A DNA stretch of 64,000 nt from Lama guanicoe (lineage: Eukaryota): contig MU053216.1 of the NCBI GenBank assembly GCA_013239625.1, forward strand, positions 496,001 through 560,000, written 5' to 3'. The translations under genes and the position numbers were made by a program. The stretch's first letter is position 1, and each line of letters starts with the position of its first letter. Shown here piece by piece: positions 21,333 to 33,700 of the stretch. Under the pieces are notes generated by a model that saw only the letters and a program-made list of their open reading frames with translations, searched no databases and was not told the origin of the DNA.

Positions 21333-24300
21333 CCCAGCCTCCACCCGACCAGGCACCACCCAAGAAGCACGTGCGGCTGCAGGAGAGGTGAGACCTTCTG
21401 TGGGGGTCCTTCCCAGCCCCCAGCCCTGCCCGCCCCCCCCCACTGCCTCTCCAGCCTGGAAAGGAAGCCAGATGTGCTCATTTGCATGCCCTTTACACAT
21501 CTGGGGCACCAAGTTTGTGCCTGGGCCCCAAACCCCAGGTCAGCTTGAGCAGCCCTGGCGTGGGGGCCTAGAAGGAGGGCCAGGAACGGGAGGTGGGGGC
21601 AGCCGGGCTCAGGGCTGCCTGCTCTGGTGCACATGGGATGGGGCATGGCGGGGCCCTGGGCCAAGGGGAGGACGAGGAGCGGCCTCCCGGGCCCAGAACA
21701 GCCAGAAGGCGGGCGCGAGGGGCTCACCGCCATCCGTGCTGCAGGCGGGGCTCCAACGTCTCTCTGACGCTGGACGTGCGGTCCCTGGGGGCCGTGGAGC
21801 CAGTCTGCTGCGTGAGCACGCCCCGCGAGGTCACCCTGCACTTCCTGCGCACAGCCGGGCACCCCCTCACCCGCTGGACCCTGCAGCACCAGCCGCCCAG
21901 CCCCAAGCAGCTGGAAGAGGAGTTCCTGGTAAGAACGTGGGGTCCCCTGGGAACCACTGCAGCCCCTGGCTTCACCCCATTATGGCCTGCGGGCCTGTGC
22001 CATTTGGGAGCCCTTAGGGAAGAGAGCTCTGGGGCTCCAGGAAAGAGCTCGCCCAGGCTCCCTCTTCCGCCCTCCACCCCATCCAGACCCATGTCTTGAG
22101 GCCAGGAAGGAGTGGCCAGGGCCCAGCTCTGCTAGGCCAGGTGGAGGGAGAGGAGGCTGGGAAGGGGTTGGCTGTTCACTCCTCCCTCCCCTGCCAGAAG
22201 ATCCCCTCAAACTTCGTCAGCCCTGAAGACCTGAATGTTCCTGGCCACGCCTCCAAGGACCGATACAAGACCATCTTGCCAAGTAAGAACTCCAGTAGGG
22301 GCTGGGGGCAGGGCGCAGTCCCTGGGGCCAGAGAAGTTCCGAAGGCAAGACACAAAGCCTCAGCCAGGGAGAGCTGCCTTCGTGGAGCCTCCTCTCTCGG
22401 CCGAGAAATACCCACAGCTGGACCTAGCCGGGGACAAAGGAGCAGCCACAACACCAGGATAAGAACAGGGCAGCACTGTGGCCAGCACTGCCCAGGAGGA
22501 CCCCAGGAAGTTGATCTATGGTGCTATGATCCACATTTTACACATGAGGAAACTGAGTCACAGAGAAGTTGAGTAACTTGCCCAAGGTCACACAGCCAGT
22601 TGAACCAAACCTTCTTCCCAGCTCAGGTTTGCAGGGGAAGAGGCCCCATCAGGATGGGCCTGCAGGAGAGGGCTCTGAGAATCCCGGGCGGAGGCAGGGC
22701 AGCGCTGGCGAGAGGACAGTGGCAAGACTGGAGCTGTGAGGGGTCGAGCCTGCAGGCTTGACACACCCAGGGTCAGATCCTCTTTTATTTCAGAGACAGG
22801 TGTGGGATCCTCCGGCCATGAGACCCAGGGAGACTCTCTCCCATCCAAGCAGCCTTATCTGGCTAACCCGCCTCCAGCAACCTCGTCTGGAGGCTGCAGC
22901 CCCCTGACTTGCCTGTTCTGATCTTCCCAGTGTCCTCGCCCTCTGCTGCCTGGGCTGATCAAGGGGCTGGACCCCAGGTACACTCTGTCCAGACCAGCTG
23001 GCCCTGGGGAGCCGGTCCCCTCTCCTTTCCCCCACAAACTAGCTTCATCCGGCTTAGACTTGGAGAAAGGCCTCCCCTTGGAAGAAAAGGCTAACATGCC
23101 CTGTGGCGGAATGAAGCCTGAGTCTGGGCCCAGGCGTGACTTTGGTTAAGTCGCTCATCTGAATCCCGTGGTCACCATCAGGACAAATTCTCCCTGCACA
23201 GCACCTCTCTCCCTGTTCCTCGTGGTCCAGCCCTCTTCCGCACCTCGCTATCTCCAGACTAGCATTCAGGGCTGCCCTCTCCTCGCTAGGCCGCCCCGCC
23301 CAGCACCACCCCGTTAACCTTCCCAGCTACTGCTTGGGTCACAGCACTCCACTGCTCAGGATCATTCTGTGGCTCCCTACTGTCTGCACATGAAATAATC
23401 CCACAGGCATCGGGCCAGCTGCTGTACACAGGGACCACGCAAGCCCGGCACACTCCTCTTCCCACCTTTGACCTGTGGCCCTGCTGCTTTTCATTTCCTA
23501 GACCCCCAGAGCCGCGTCTGTCTGGGCCGGGCACAGAGCCAGGAGGACGGGGACTACATCAACGCCAACTACATCCGGGTGAGTCACTGGCAGGGACGGG
23601 ATGGGGGGGCCGTGTCCCGAGACCCCCCAGGACGCTTCCCAGTGTGGCTGGAGGTTTGGGCTCCCTGTGTCTGGGCTCCAACCCCCCCGCTGCCATGGCC
23701 CGGGGCCGAGCCTCCAGGCCTCCAGGCCTCCAGGATGCCCCCTGGGAGCACAGAGCAGACATCAAATGATGCTGGAATTAGACCTCTGGTGCCCTATGTC
23801 CACCCTGTCAGCCTGCCCCTGCCAGCCTCTCAGCATGGAAGGCAGCACGGTCCAGCCCCCTTGACTCCCAGGTCTGCGCGGGAGCATGCGGCCGGCCCCT
23901 TCTCCCTCTCTCTCTCCCTCGCTGCTCCTCACGCGGCCCCTCCTTTGTGGAGGCAGAGGGCCACCAAGGTCGACTTACTCAGTCACAGGGAGCAGGTGGC
24001 CAGCAGAGGCGGGAGGCAGTGGGTGTGAGGGCAGTGCCCTCTGGCGGCTCAGAGTGGGTAGCACAACGGCCGGGTGCAGGGAGGCGACCAGCCCTCGCGC
24101 CTGGGGACACATGGTCGCCCATCTGCCTGTGGAAACCAGGTGAACGGGGGTCTGGATTTCACTGGCTCTGGAGGGTGGGGAGCTGAGGATTCTGAAGGGG
24201 AGAAGAAAAGGCTACATCTTGCTACTAAACATACAAAGTAACACGTAAGTGTGAAACTTCCACTCAACAAGTGTTGCCCTGCCTTCTCCGCACTTTGTAG

Positions 24301-27300
24301 ATGGCAGCGAGCGGGGGAGGGGACGGACGTCACAGAGGCCCTGGCCCTCAACACACTCTGCCGAGTGTCGCCCGCACCTCACACCCGCTAGAAACTGCCC
24401 CTGATTTGCAGGCAAGACGCTGGGGGCTGTCGGCAGCAGAACCAGGCTTTGAAGCCAGGTGCCCCTCACTCGGACACGCGGCTGCCGGTGTGCGCGTCTG
24501 TGCTCCTGTGCGTCCAGGGGCGCACGCTCCCCGACCTCAGCCTGACCCCAACCTGCAGCCCCTGGGCTCTGGCCTCACCGCCCACCTTCCTCCGTGCCTC
24601 TGCCGCAGGGCTACGGCGGGAAGGACAGGGCCTACATTGCGACCCAGGGCCCCATGCCCAACACCGTGTCGGACTTCTGGGAGATGGTATGGCAGGAGGA
24701 GGTGAAGCTCGTCATCATGCTCACTCGGCTCCGAGAGGGCAAGGAGGTAGGCGGCCAGGGCGCTGCCCCCAGTGAGCCCAGAAATGGCTGCACCCCGCCC
24801 CAATGCAGTCAGCCTTGCTCCGGGCAGCTCAGGACACCTGTACACCCCAAAATACACCACCTGGAGGCCAGCCACAGCTGCGGAGGCGGGGGCACTTTAT
24901 CTGCAGGTGTCAAGCTCTAGCTGGGGTGGACATGGTGGGGGACCCCATTCCCCTCTCTGCTGCCCTGGTCCCCACTCCAGCCCACAGACCCTCCCCCTCT
25001 GACTCCCAGATCCCTCCCTCCCAGAAATGTGTCCACTACTGGCCCACAGAAGAGGAAACCTACGGGCCCTTCCACATTTGCACCCAAGACGTGAGAGAGT
25101 GTTCAGAATACACTGTGCGGCAGCTCACTGTCCAGGTACCTCTCTGGTTCGCGGGGACGTCGGGACACCCCTTAGCCTCTGGGACCCGGGGCCGACCTCC
25201 ACTGAGAGTCAGGGGTTTGCTTGCCCAAACCTGCTGGAATTCACACCTGAAAGATGCCCTTGAGGCCCAGAGAAAGAGGGACAGGGATGCTGTCCTCAGG
25301 GAGCCTCTGATTCCGCGGGACAGTGCCAACAAGCCACATGGGCACCTGTGCCAAAGAGCCAGGAGGAGGGCGGGGGTGCTCCAGTGGTCAGTGGTTTGCA
25401 CAACAACGTGCAGAAGTGCCTAGAAGCTCGCCTATTACCGTGGAGTGTCTCCTACTCCTCAAAGCACTTCTCCATGGAGTCACTGTCCTCAGAGCATCAC
25501 TGTCCCCATTTTCAAGGTTAAGGACTCGAACTTGGGTCTCACCCTCCCCTCATACTGTTCCCTCCCCACGTTTCAGAGGAGGGAGTGGTCGAGCACCTTG
25601 GGCAGGACAAGGCTGGTTCTCTGCTCGGGGTCCATGGCTGCGCCGGGTCACTCAGCCCTGGCACCAGAGAAGGTGGACAGCGCCTTCGTCCTGTTCCCAG
25701 TTCTCATGCCTTGTCCCCTCCCAGTACCAGGAGGAGTGCCGGTCTGTGAAACACATCCTCTTCTCGGCCTGGCCTGACCACCAGACCCCAGAATCAGCTG
25801 GGCCCCTGCTGCGACTGGTGGCCGAGGTGGAGGACAGCCCAGAGACAGCGGCCAGCACGGGGCCCATCGTGGTCCACTGCAGGTACGTGTCCCCTCTGCG
25901 GCAGCCCTTCCCTCCCACTGGGCCTCTCCTAGGAAGGGTCTAGGCAGAGCGGGGCCGGGCAGGCCCAGTTCTCACCTGGACAGGAACCTCTAGGTCATTA
26001 AGCAGGCACTTCTCTCTTTCTTCCTGCTGCAGAACCTGGACACCCGGGCACAGTCCAGAGAAGCAGCTCCCATTAAGCTGGGGGAGGAGAGGGACATGGT
26101 GTCGGGACCTCATCTATTCATCTCCCACACATCTACTGAAAATCTCATTGCCAGGTGCAGTGTTAGGTGCTAAGGAGACAGCTGTGAACAAGGCAGGCTG
26201 GTGGGGAAGATGGCAGATAAACGAACAGGTGATGAGAGAATGATGTGGGTGTGGGGCACAGGACCAAGTCACCTAACTCAGATTTTGACGAGAGAAGGTC
26301 TTTCAGGAAAAGGGACCTCCAAGCCAAGCTAAGACCTGGAAGATGAATTAGCCGAGGGTAGTGGAGGGGAGCCTCCCAGGCAGGCAAAGCAGCACGTGCA
26401 AAGGTCCAGAGGTGCAGTTCAGAAACTGATGGGTTGCTGAGAGTGGAGTTAGAGAATGCAGGCCTGGGGGCCGTGGGGGGACAGGGATGAGAGACGAGGC
26501 TGGAAGGCAAGTGCAGGCCCACTGATGAGGGGGCTTGCGGGACTGGCCAAGAAGCCTGAATTTGCCATTTAAAAGAATACTTAAGCCACAAGCAAAAAAG
26601 TGGATTTGGGGGAGATGCAGGGGGCAGATTTAAAATAAGGAAAACATTTGGGAGTGCATACCCTAAACAGAAGGCAGAGCCCAGGGCACAGACAGAGCGT
26701 CTGGAACCTCTGCCCCACAGGGGACACCTGGACACAGTGAGGGGGTCAGGAGTGGCTCCCATCAGCCGTCCACATGGGAAGACTTCTCACGGGAGGGGAT
26801 CCTGAGAAGACTTTGGAATCAAGGGCAAGACAGACTGGAGGAGAGAGACTGGGCAGGACTGAGGGGGCCACGGGAGCATGAGCAGCTGTGAAGACGAGTG
26901 ACCACTAGGGAAGGGGCCCCATGTGGGCGCTGCCGGCTGGAAACCGCTATCTACCGCCCGTCAAAATGTCCCCAGGGACCGGAGGGTGACCTGGGGTAGG
27001 TCTAGAGTGGGGCTGTGAGGAGCGTGACCTCCTCCAACGCCAGGCTCAGCCTGTGCAGGTAGCACTACTTCCCCCCACGCCATGCCCGGATAGAGTGCCC
27101 TTGGTCCCTACCACCTTCTCTATAGTGTGGGGCCTGCTCCCGGCCTGCCCGGCCCCCTGTGACCTCCCCACCCTCCTCTGGCTACACCCAGTGCAGGGAT
27201 CGGCCGCACCGGCTGCTTCATCGCCACCCGAATTGGCTGCCAGCAGCTGAAGGCCCGAGGGGAGGTGGACATTCTGGGCATCGTGTGCCAACTGCGGCTG

Positions 27301-27666
27301 GACAGGTGGGTCCGTGCACGTCACCGGGACTGAGACACGAACAGGGGCACCGATGCCTCTCGGGGGCCGAGTACCCACAGGTGCGGCGGCACCTCCCGTG
27401 AGACAGGAAGGGCTCTTTTGCTTAAAGAGATGCTTCTTCTGCAGCTCACGGCCAGAAAGGCATCTCTACCTAGAACTTCAGCTCTCTGGGGGGCCTAGAG
27501 GTAGGCCCCTCCCATAGGATGCCGCCGCCTGAACAGACCCCTTGCTCACAGTCTGGGTGCCTCTCCCCACAGGGGGGGCATGATCCAGACGGCGGAGCAG
27601 TACCAGTTCCTGCACCACACCTTGGCCTTGTACGCTGCCCAGCTGCCGGAGGAGCCCAGCCCCTGA
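21329..27666 (+). CDS. PTPN7: Tyrosine-protein phosphatase non-receptor type 7 (HePTP), 339 aa, 9 coding exons
   Basis: Exons 21329-21387, 21745-21928, 22198-22282, 23502-23578, 24609-24746, 25025-25135, 25725-25882, 27192-27305, 27573-27666 (1020 nt, all GT-AG, phases consistent). [58 protein letters not shown], ending PEEPSP*. Confidence 0.97.
22500..22620 (-). mobile_element. MIR SINE fragment
   Basis: cattttacacatgaggaaactgagtcacagagaagttgagtaacttgcccaaggtcacacagc is the MIR core in reverse. Confidence 0.8.
26110..26580 (-). mobile_element. L2 LINE 3' fossil
   Basis: catctattcat...ccaggtgcagtgttaggtgctaaggagacagctgtgaacaag...gcacgtgcaaaggtccagagg is a typical antisense L2 3' end. Confidence 0.65.
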
Positions 27667-29152
27667 CCCCTGGTGCCCTCCCCAGCCCGGGGGGCTGCCC
27701 CCTCCCGCCAGGCCTGGAAAGATGGGTCTGGGGAAAGCAGGCCTCGTGACCTGGGGGACCCCTGGGGTGGGCATGGGAATGGGTGCCCCTCAGATGGGTG
27801 CCACTTCCTCCAAGGGCCCCAAGTGGACCCTTGGGGGACCCCCATGTCTCTCTGAGCCTAAAGCCAGGGGCTGACGCTTACACCAGAGCTGGAAAGAGGC
27901 CCAGGTGCCCTGGTCTCTGAAATGCCACATAAGCGCCAGCCTGTCCCGCCGAAATGGATGTCAAATGCTTTGCTGCCATCAGGAGAAAGCAGTCCAAGGG
28001 GCCCCCAGAAGCCGTGCCAGCTCCACACCCTCCCCAGGGCCAGCAAGAAAGGGACCCCAAGATCATCCTCCACCCATGCCCTGCCCAGCAACAGGCCAAG
28101 CGCCCAAGCTGGGGAAAGTCTGGTCCTCCTTGGTCAAGTCCTCAGCCTCCTCTCAGTGACTCTCTGCTTCCTCAGCCCACATCTGTGAGGCTGAACACCC
28201 CACAAAGAGAACAAGGACCCAGACTCCGCCGGGTCCACACATGTGTCCAGGGAGCAGACTACAGAGGTGAACCAGCCAGACAGTTGAAATCTCTGGAAGA
28301 TGGAAAGTGTGGGGACCCCTTGGAGGCCCAGATGGCGGCCCGCGCCTCCGTAACTGCCAGCCACCAGCTGCCAGCTCCTCCCTAGGGAGACCCTCTGCCT
28401 GCCTTCTGACCTCAGTGGGGGCTGCAAGTACCCAGGAAGCACACAGGAAACGGGATGAGGGAGCCGGAAGCTCGGCCTGATTACAGACAACCAGCCCGCC
28501 ACACCCTCCGCCCTGCAGAGCACGCAGGGACTGCGTGGCTATTTCAGGAACAACCTGGCTTAAAGCACCCTATGCAGACCCAGGGGCTCAGGCTGAACCA
28601 GGACCCCTCACATCTACCCAACCAGGCAAACTCTCTTCCGAGTCTCACATCAACACAATGTCCAGGGTTAGACCCATCTCAGGGCTGAACTCTGCTCCCC
28701 AGGGAGGCCTCCAAATCCTTGGTCCGCGAACCCAAGACAGGCTGCTACGGGGGAGGAGAGCAGCCTCCGGCTCTCCAGGCGCTGGGCCCTGGCACTGCCT
28801 TCGCGATGCCGGTCCTCCGTGGAACCCCCGGGAGCCGGACCCCAGACAGCAGCTGGGCCTCCAGCGCGGATGTCTCTTCCGAAGACCGTGCAGCGCTGGA
28901 GCTGAGGCTGATGTTCTTGGTGCTTCTGCTTGGCCTCCTTACTCCCACACAGGAACCTCCCCAGCCCTGTGAGAGGCACCCTGGGGCCCGTGGAGCTGGG
29001 CGCAGAGCCCTCAGGTGCCCAAGCCTGTCCTGAGCTCAGACCCTGCGGGACGAAAGGCACCACACAGGCCCACAGCACCCCCACCCTGGGTCCTGCTGCC
29101 CCGTCCCACTCCAGAGCTCAGGGAGCAGACCCGGAAAGACCCCAGGCGGGAA

Positions 29153-29158
29153 AATAAA
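29153..29158 (+). terminator. Probable PTPN7 polyadenylation signal
   Basis: First AATAAA seen downstream of the stop, giving a ~1.5 kb 3' UTR. Confidence 0.6.
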
Positions 29159-30327
29159 GGCTTGTCAGACGGCTGAGGCAGTCCTTCTTTCCATCGTCTT
29201 CCTTCTCGGGCCTCTGGAGCCCCTTTACAGCAATAGAGAGCGTAGGAATCCACAGAGCAGGAGCAGGCTGCGGGTCTTCATCCCAGACGTGCGCCTCTAC
29301 AGCGCTTCCAGGGACACATGAAACAGATGAGACTGGAGTCGCTTTGGGAAACAGGGCAAAGCATTCCTTGGGCGCTCCAGAGGGACTTAACAAACGGCAG
29401 GGATGAGAAAGACCACGGAACTTAACAACGTAACACCCCAGAATATTATGCTGGGCCAGGACTCTGGGATTCCTCCACTGTGGCAATTCGAGGTCATCTC
29501 GGGTGGGTCTTGTAGGTTGACATTGAAGGTTTCTGCACCTTTGACTAAAACAATAGACATGTGGGTGCAGATGAACGCCAAATGCTGAGGGGCACCCAGG
29601 GTGGGCTGGGGACTTCGGGGGTCAGCAGGTCCCCAGGTTACATCCTCCAGGGACGGGCATCTTGGCAGGCTCCTCACCTCGCACCATCAGCTCTCCCAAA
29701 GAAAACTGGCTTTTACCGAAGTGTTTTTTTTTGTTTGTTTGTTTGTGGCAAAACTCCTCACAGGCGATGTCCAGCGAGATTTTATTTGTTTAAGTATCAT
29801 GGTGACCCCCGTGAAGCTCCCTGTGAGCCAGAGGCTTCCTAAACAAGTGGCTTGGGTACCTTGGGGTCAACAAACCCTCACCTGGGCTGCTCTTCCCCGC
29901 TGGGTACCGTGTGAGAGGGCGGGCTCAGTGCCTGGAGATGCTCGGAGGCAAGAACTCAGGGAACAAAAGCCCTGTTCGCCCCTTCTCAGGCTCCTCATAG
30001 ACCTGCTCCGCGGGTCCTGGAAGCCCAGGAGCTACCCTCCTCCAGCCTCCTCCACCCGGGAAGTGTTCCTGCTCAGTGGGCCCTCACTCCCCGCCCCCCC
30101 CCACCCCCACCCCCGCCCCGGATAAAGGACGGGGCCGCCAATCAGGGCGCGGCAGCCCGCGAAGGGGAAAAATAAAATTGGAGCTCATCCCCCAATTGGC
30201 CCCCGCCGCGCCGCCCGCCCGGCCAGCCCCGTTGCCTGCGGGCGCCCCGCCCGGCGCCCCGCCGCCCGGCCCCGGGGCGAGGAGGAGCGCGCTTGGGGGC
30301 GAGCAGGGCCGGGCGGGCGGCGCGGGC

Positions 30328-30369
30328 GGAGGAGGAGGAGGAGGAGGACGACGACGACGACGACGACGA
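30328..30369 (+). repeat. Compound trinucleotide repeat (GGA)7(CGA)7
   Basis: Read directly from the sequence. Confidence 0.9.
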
Positions 30370-30559
30370 CCAAGAGGAGGAGGGCGCGCCGAGGCCACAC
30401 CCATTGGCGCGCCGATCCGGGCAGCGACTCGTCGGCCGCCGCGCGCGCTCCAGCCGAGCCTCCGCCCGCACCGAGCCCGGGGACGGGCCGCACCGGGGAG
30501 GGGCCGCTCCGGCCGCTGCGCGAGGGCACGAGGGGCGGCGGGGAGCCGGCACCGGGCAC

Positions 30560-30715
30560 NNNNNNNNNNNNNNNNNNNNNNNNNNNNNNNNNNNNNNNNN
30601 NNNNNNNNNNNNNNNNNNNNNNNNNNNNNNNNNNNNNNNNNNNNNNNNNNNNNNNNNNNNNNNNNNNNNNNNNNNNNNNNNNNNNNNNNNNNNNNNNNNN
30701 NNNNNNNNNNNNNNN
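30560..30715. other. Assembly gap (156 N) covering ARL8A coding exon 1
   Basis: The N run starts immediately after ...gccggcaccgggcac. Confidence 0.95.
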
Positions 30716-33700
30716 GGCGCGGGCCGGCCTGCCTTCCTTCCCCACTGCGCCCCGCGGGACGCCCGGGCCGAGATGGCACCGCCGGGCGCGGGGGCGGGGG
30801 ACGAGGGGACGTGGCTGGTACCCCGGGACCGGCGGCCCAGAGGGTGTCACGCGGCCGGAGGGACCGCCGCCCGCAGAGACAGGCGCCCCCGGCCCCCGCG
30901 CCCCGGCGCATGACGGGGCGAAAGTGCCGGGCCTGACGGCTCCGCGTGCGGAGGGTCGCGGGACGGGGCGCCGGCGCGGCCTGCAGAGGGTCCTGGGCCG
31001 GGCCAGCCCAGCCCCACCCCGGGGGCTTAACCCCTCCGTGACGGAAGAGGAAGCCCCGGCGCCGTTGAGGGGGAGGGGAGGTGGCCCCTTGTGGGGAGTG
31101 GAGTCAGCCGAGGCCCTTGGCTCCAGCCCAGGCTCCTCCTCCGCGGGAACCTCTCCCCGACCACACTAGCGGGGGTCCGGGAGGATGGCACCCTAAGGGG
31201 AGTTCCGAGTCCGCCTGGCTCGGAAGTTGCAGAGTGAGGTGCCCTGGACCCGAGGAGGAGCTGGAGGGGCGCTGCCTGCTCTGGGAACACGGGAGTGGCT
31301 CTGAGGGTTTTGGGTGGTCAGCACCAAGGCGGGCAGCGTAAGCCTTTCAGTGCCAGGGAGTGGTGGGGAAGGGGTTAAAATCTGCCTCAGATAAAGGGGA
31401 AGATGGGCTCTCTGGGTGTGTGAGCTGAGCTGAGTAATGGCTGCGGCCTGCGTTTCAGAGCGGGGCTGAGCTGGGCTGAGCTGGGCCTGTGGGCTGAGGA
31501 AGGCTTGGGCAGGGGCTGGGGTTGTCCAGCGACCCGGCCTGGCTCCCAGACTGGGGTTCTGCGAACTGCGGATTGGCCAGATACGAGATGGGTCAGCAGA
31601 GCAGTGTGACTGGCCAGCCTGGTGCCTCCCCTGTCCGTGTTTTGCCCACCTCAAAGAGAAGGGTGGCAGACGCTGGAGGGGCAGGGACCCAGTGTTTGAG
31701 CACTGGCTCCATTTCCCAAACATACCTGCCAGTGACCTCTGCTCCTTCCCTGCCCAGGGGTCCTGACCTTTCTCCTGCAGGGCAGGTGCTTCAGGCCCTG
31801 GCTGGGGCTTGTTGACACGATGGTTTCTGAGCCAGCATGCGCCCCCTGGCTCCCAGCTGCCCAGGCTCTGGCCCTCCAGTCAGAGACCCCTGGTTAGACC
31901 CGGCTGATCCTGCAGGCCTGGCTGGCTCAGCTTCAAGGCATCCAGACCTGGGCGATGTCTCTGGGGAGAGGCCAGGAGGAGCACCCGCTGCTGCACTATC
32001 TCACCCTGGGAGTCACCCTGGTCCCCAGCAAAGTTCTCCTTGCCCAGGGTTTACCAAAGCCACGCTCCTGGACAGGTGGCTTGGTGCCCTGGTCAGGAGG
32101 TCCCTCTGGATTAGCATTGTATCCAGAGAGTGAGATGCTCTGGCAGGTCAGGAGAATCCAAGAGTCACAATTCCACTGCCAGGGCCCGGGGTGTCTGAGG
32201 TCTCCAGGGAGGGGTCCCCCTGCCTGGCCACAGGTGCCCCTCTTGGACATTAAATTTGCCACCTTGTATCACACATCCTTAAAGTACAAGCTAAATTTTC
32301 CTAGAAAGAGGTTCCCAAGAACCACCTTCCCTCGTGGGCTGCAGTGGGAGTTCCAGCGTCAGGGTGAGGCCAGTGTTCTCAGCCTCTCTGGGCCACGGCC
32401 TCCCGCCCACCCCATGTATAATAGCAGTCGGGCTTTTCAGAAGGGAGCCAAGAGTCAGGACCTTGGGCTCTATCCCCATGCCCACCACTGACTTCCTCAG
32501 TCATCTCTGCCTCTTCATGTGGCCTCTGTTGGTCTCAGCTTTTTCCCCATTTGGCTTTTACTACTCACTAGTTGAGGCCTGACTGTAAACAGAAGTTGAG
32601 GCTCATGTGAGCTGGGAAGCCGCACACAGAGACTTCACAGGACTCCTCTGAGAACCCGAAACTCACCTCTGAGTTCTAAAAGTTTTCCTGCTAGAAAGAG
32701 TAGGTGTTTTGCCTGAGGGAAACAAGAGGACCATCTTCATATGTTTAAAAGTGTGGAAGACCAGCTTATGGAAGAACTATTCTTGGGGTGCCCGATGGGT
32801 AGACTTGGGGAGGAGCAGTGGAAGTTAAAGGAAGATGGGTTTTTGACTCACAGTAGAGCACTCTGACCCAGGAGGAAGGAGGCGGAGGAGATTCGAGTCT
32901 GAGGCCAGAGGTGGATACATGACTTCGAGGTTACTTTTGCCTTTAAACCAGGAGCCTGTGGGATCAGGCGGCGTTCCCGGGAAACGAAGCCATGACCGGT
33001 CCAGCTGAGCTCTGATTCAAAGCTGAGCGGGCAGCACTGGAGCCTGGCTCCCCGAAGGCCCTCCTGGCACCCCCTTTGCCCAGGTCTCGTCCTGCCAGGC
33101 TAGGCTGTTCACTTACGTGGGAGCCTGTGGATCCTACAGGTGCCTCTTGCTGAATCGAAACCATTTCCAAGCACCTTGTGGGCCCTGCTCACCTGCCTCG
33201 AGGAAGCCAAAACTGCCGTCCCCCATTTCACACAGGGAAACCCTGAGGCCCAGAGAGGTTCGAGTCTTGTCCAAGCTCCTCCACCGTGAGTGATAAGCAA
33301 GAACTGGGCTTCCTTCCTCTGACTCCACGGTCTTAATCAGCCCGGATAGGGTTGGCGAATGGGGATGGCGTGGGCTCGGGGCAGCAGGTGCCCCACCCAC
33401 CCGGCGCCCTGCTAGGGTGTGGAAATTAAACTGCTTGTCCCTCCGTAGCCAGAAGCCACGTGTCCTCCTTCAGGGCACTCCCTTTCCCACGCGCTTCCTC
33501 ACTGTTAGAGGCTCTTGGACGCTTTTGTAGACCTTTCCCCAGAGCCGCGTGCGCAGTCACGTGTACCTGTGTGCTTTCAGCCCGGCTGTGGCTCAGGGTT
33601 AGGAGCCTCGCCTGCCTCGTCCTGAGCCTTGGCCTTGGGTGTTGGGCTCTCACGTCCAAGGGCCACGGTGAAGGAACTTGGCTGACTCAGGAAGATGAGG

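Larger units (their letters stand above)
30100..31000. promoter_or_regulatory. ARL8A: CpG-island promoter of ARL8A
   Basis: Very high CpG density, multiple GC boxes, and CCAAT boxes (gccaatc ~30137, attggc ~30403). Confidence 0.85.

Noticed and set aside
30293-30913. Acidic poly-Glu/Asp ORF
   Set aside because: A translation of the (GGA)7(CGA)7 promoter repeat running through the N gap; non-ATG start and no relation to ARL8A.
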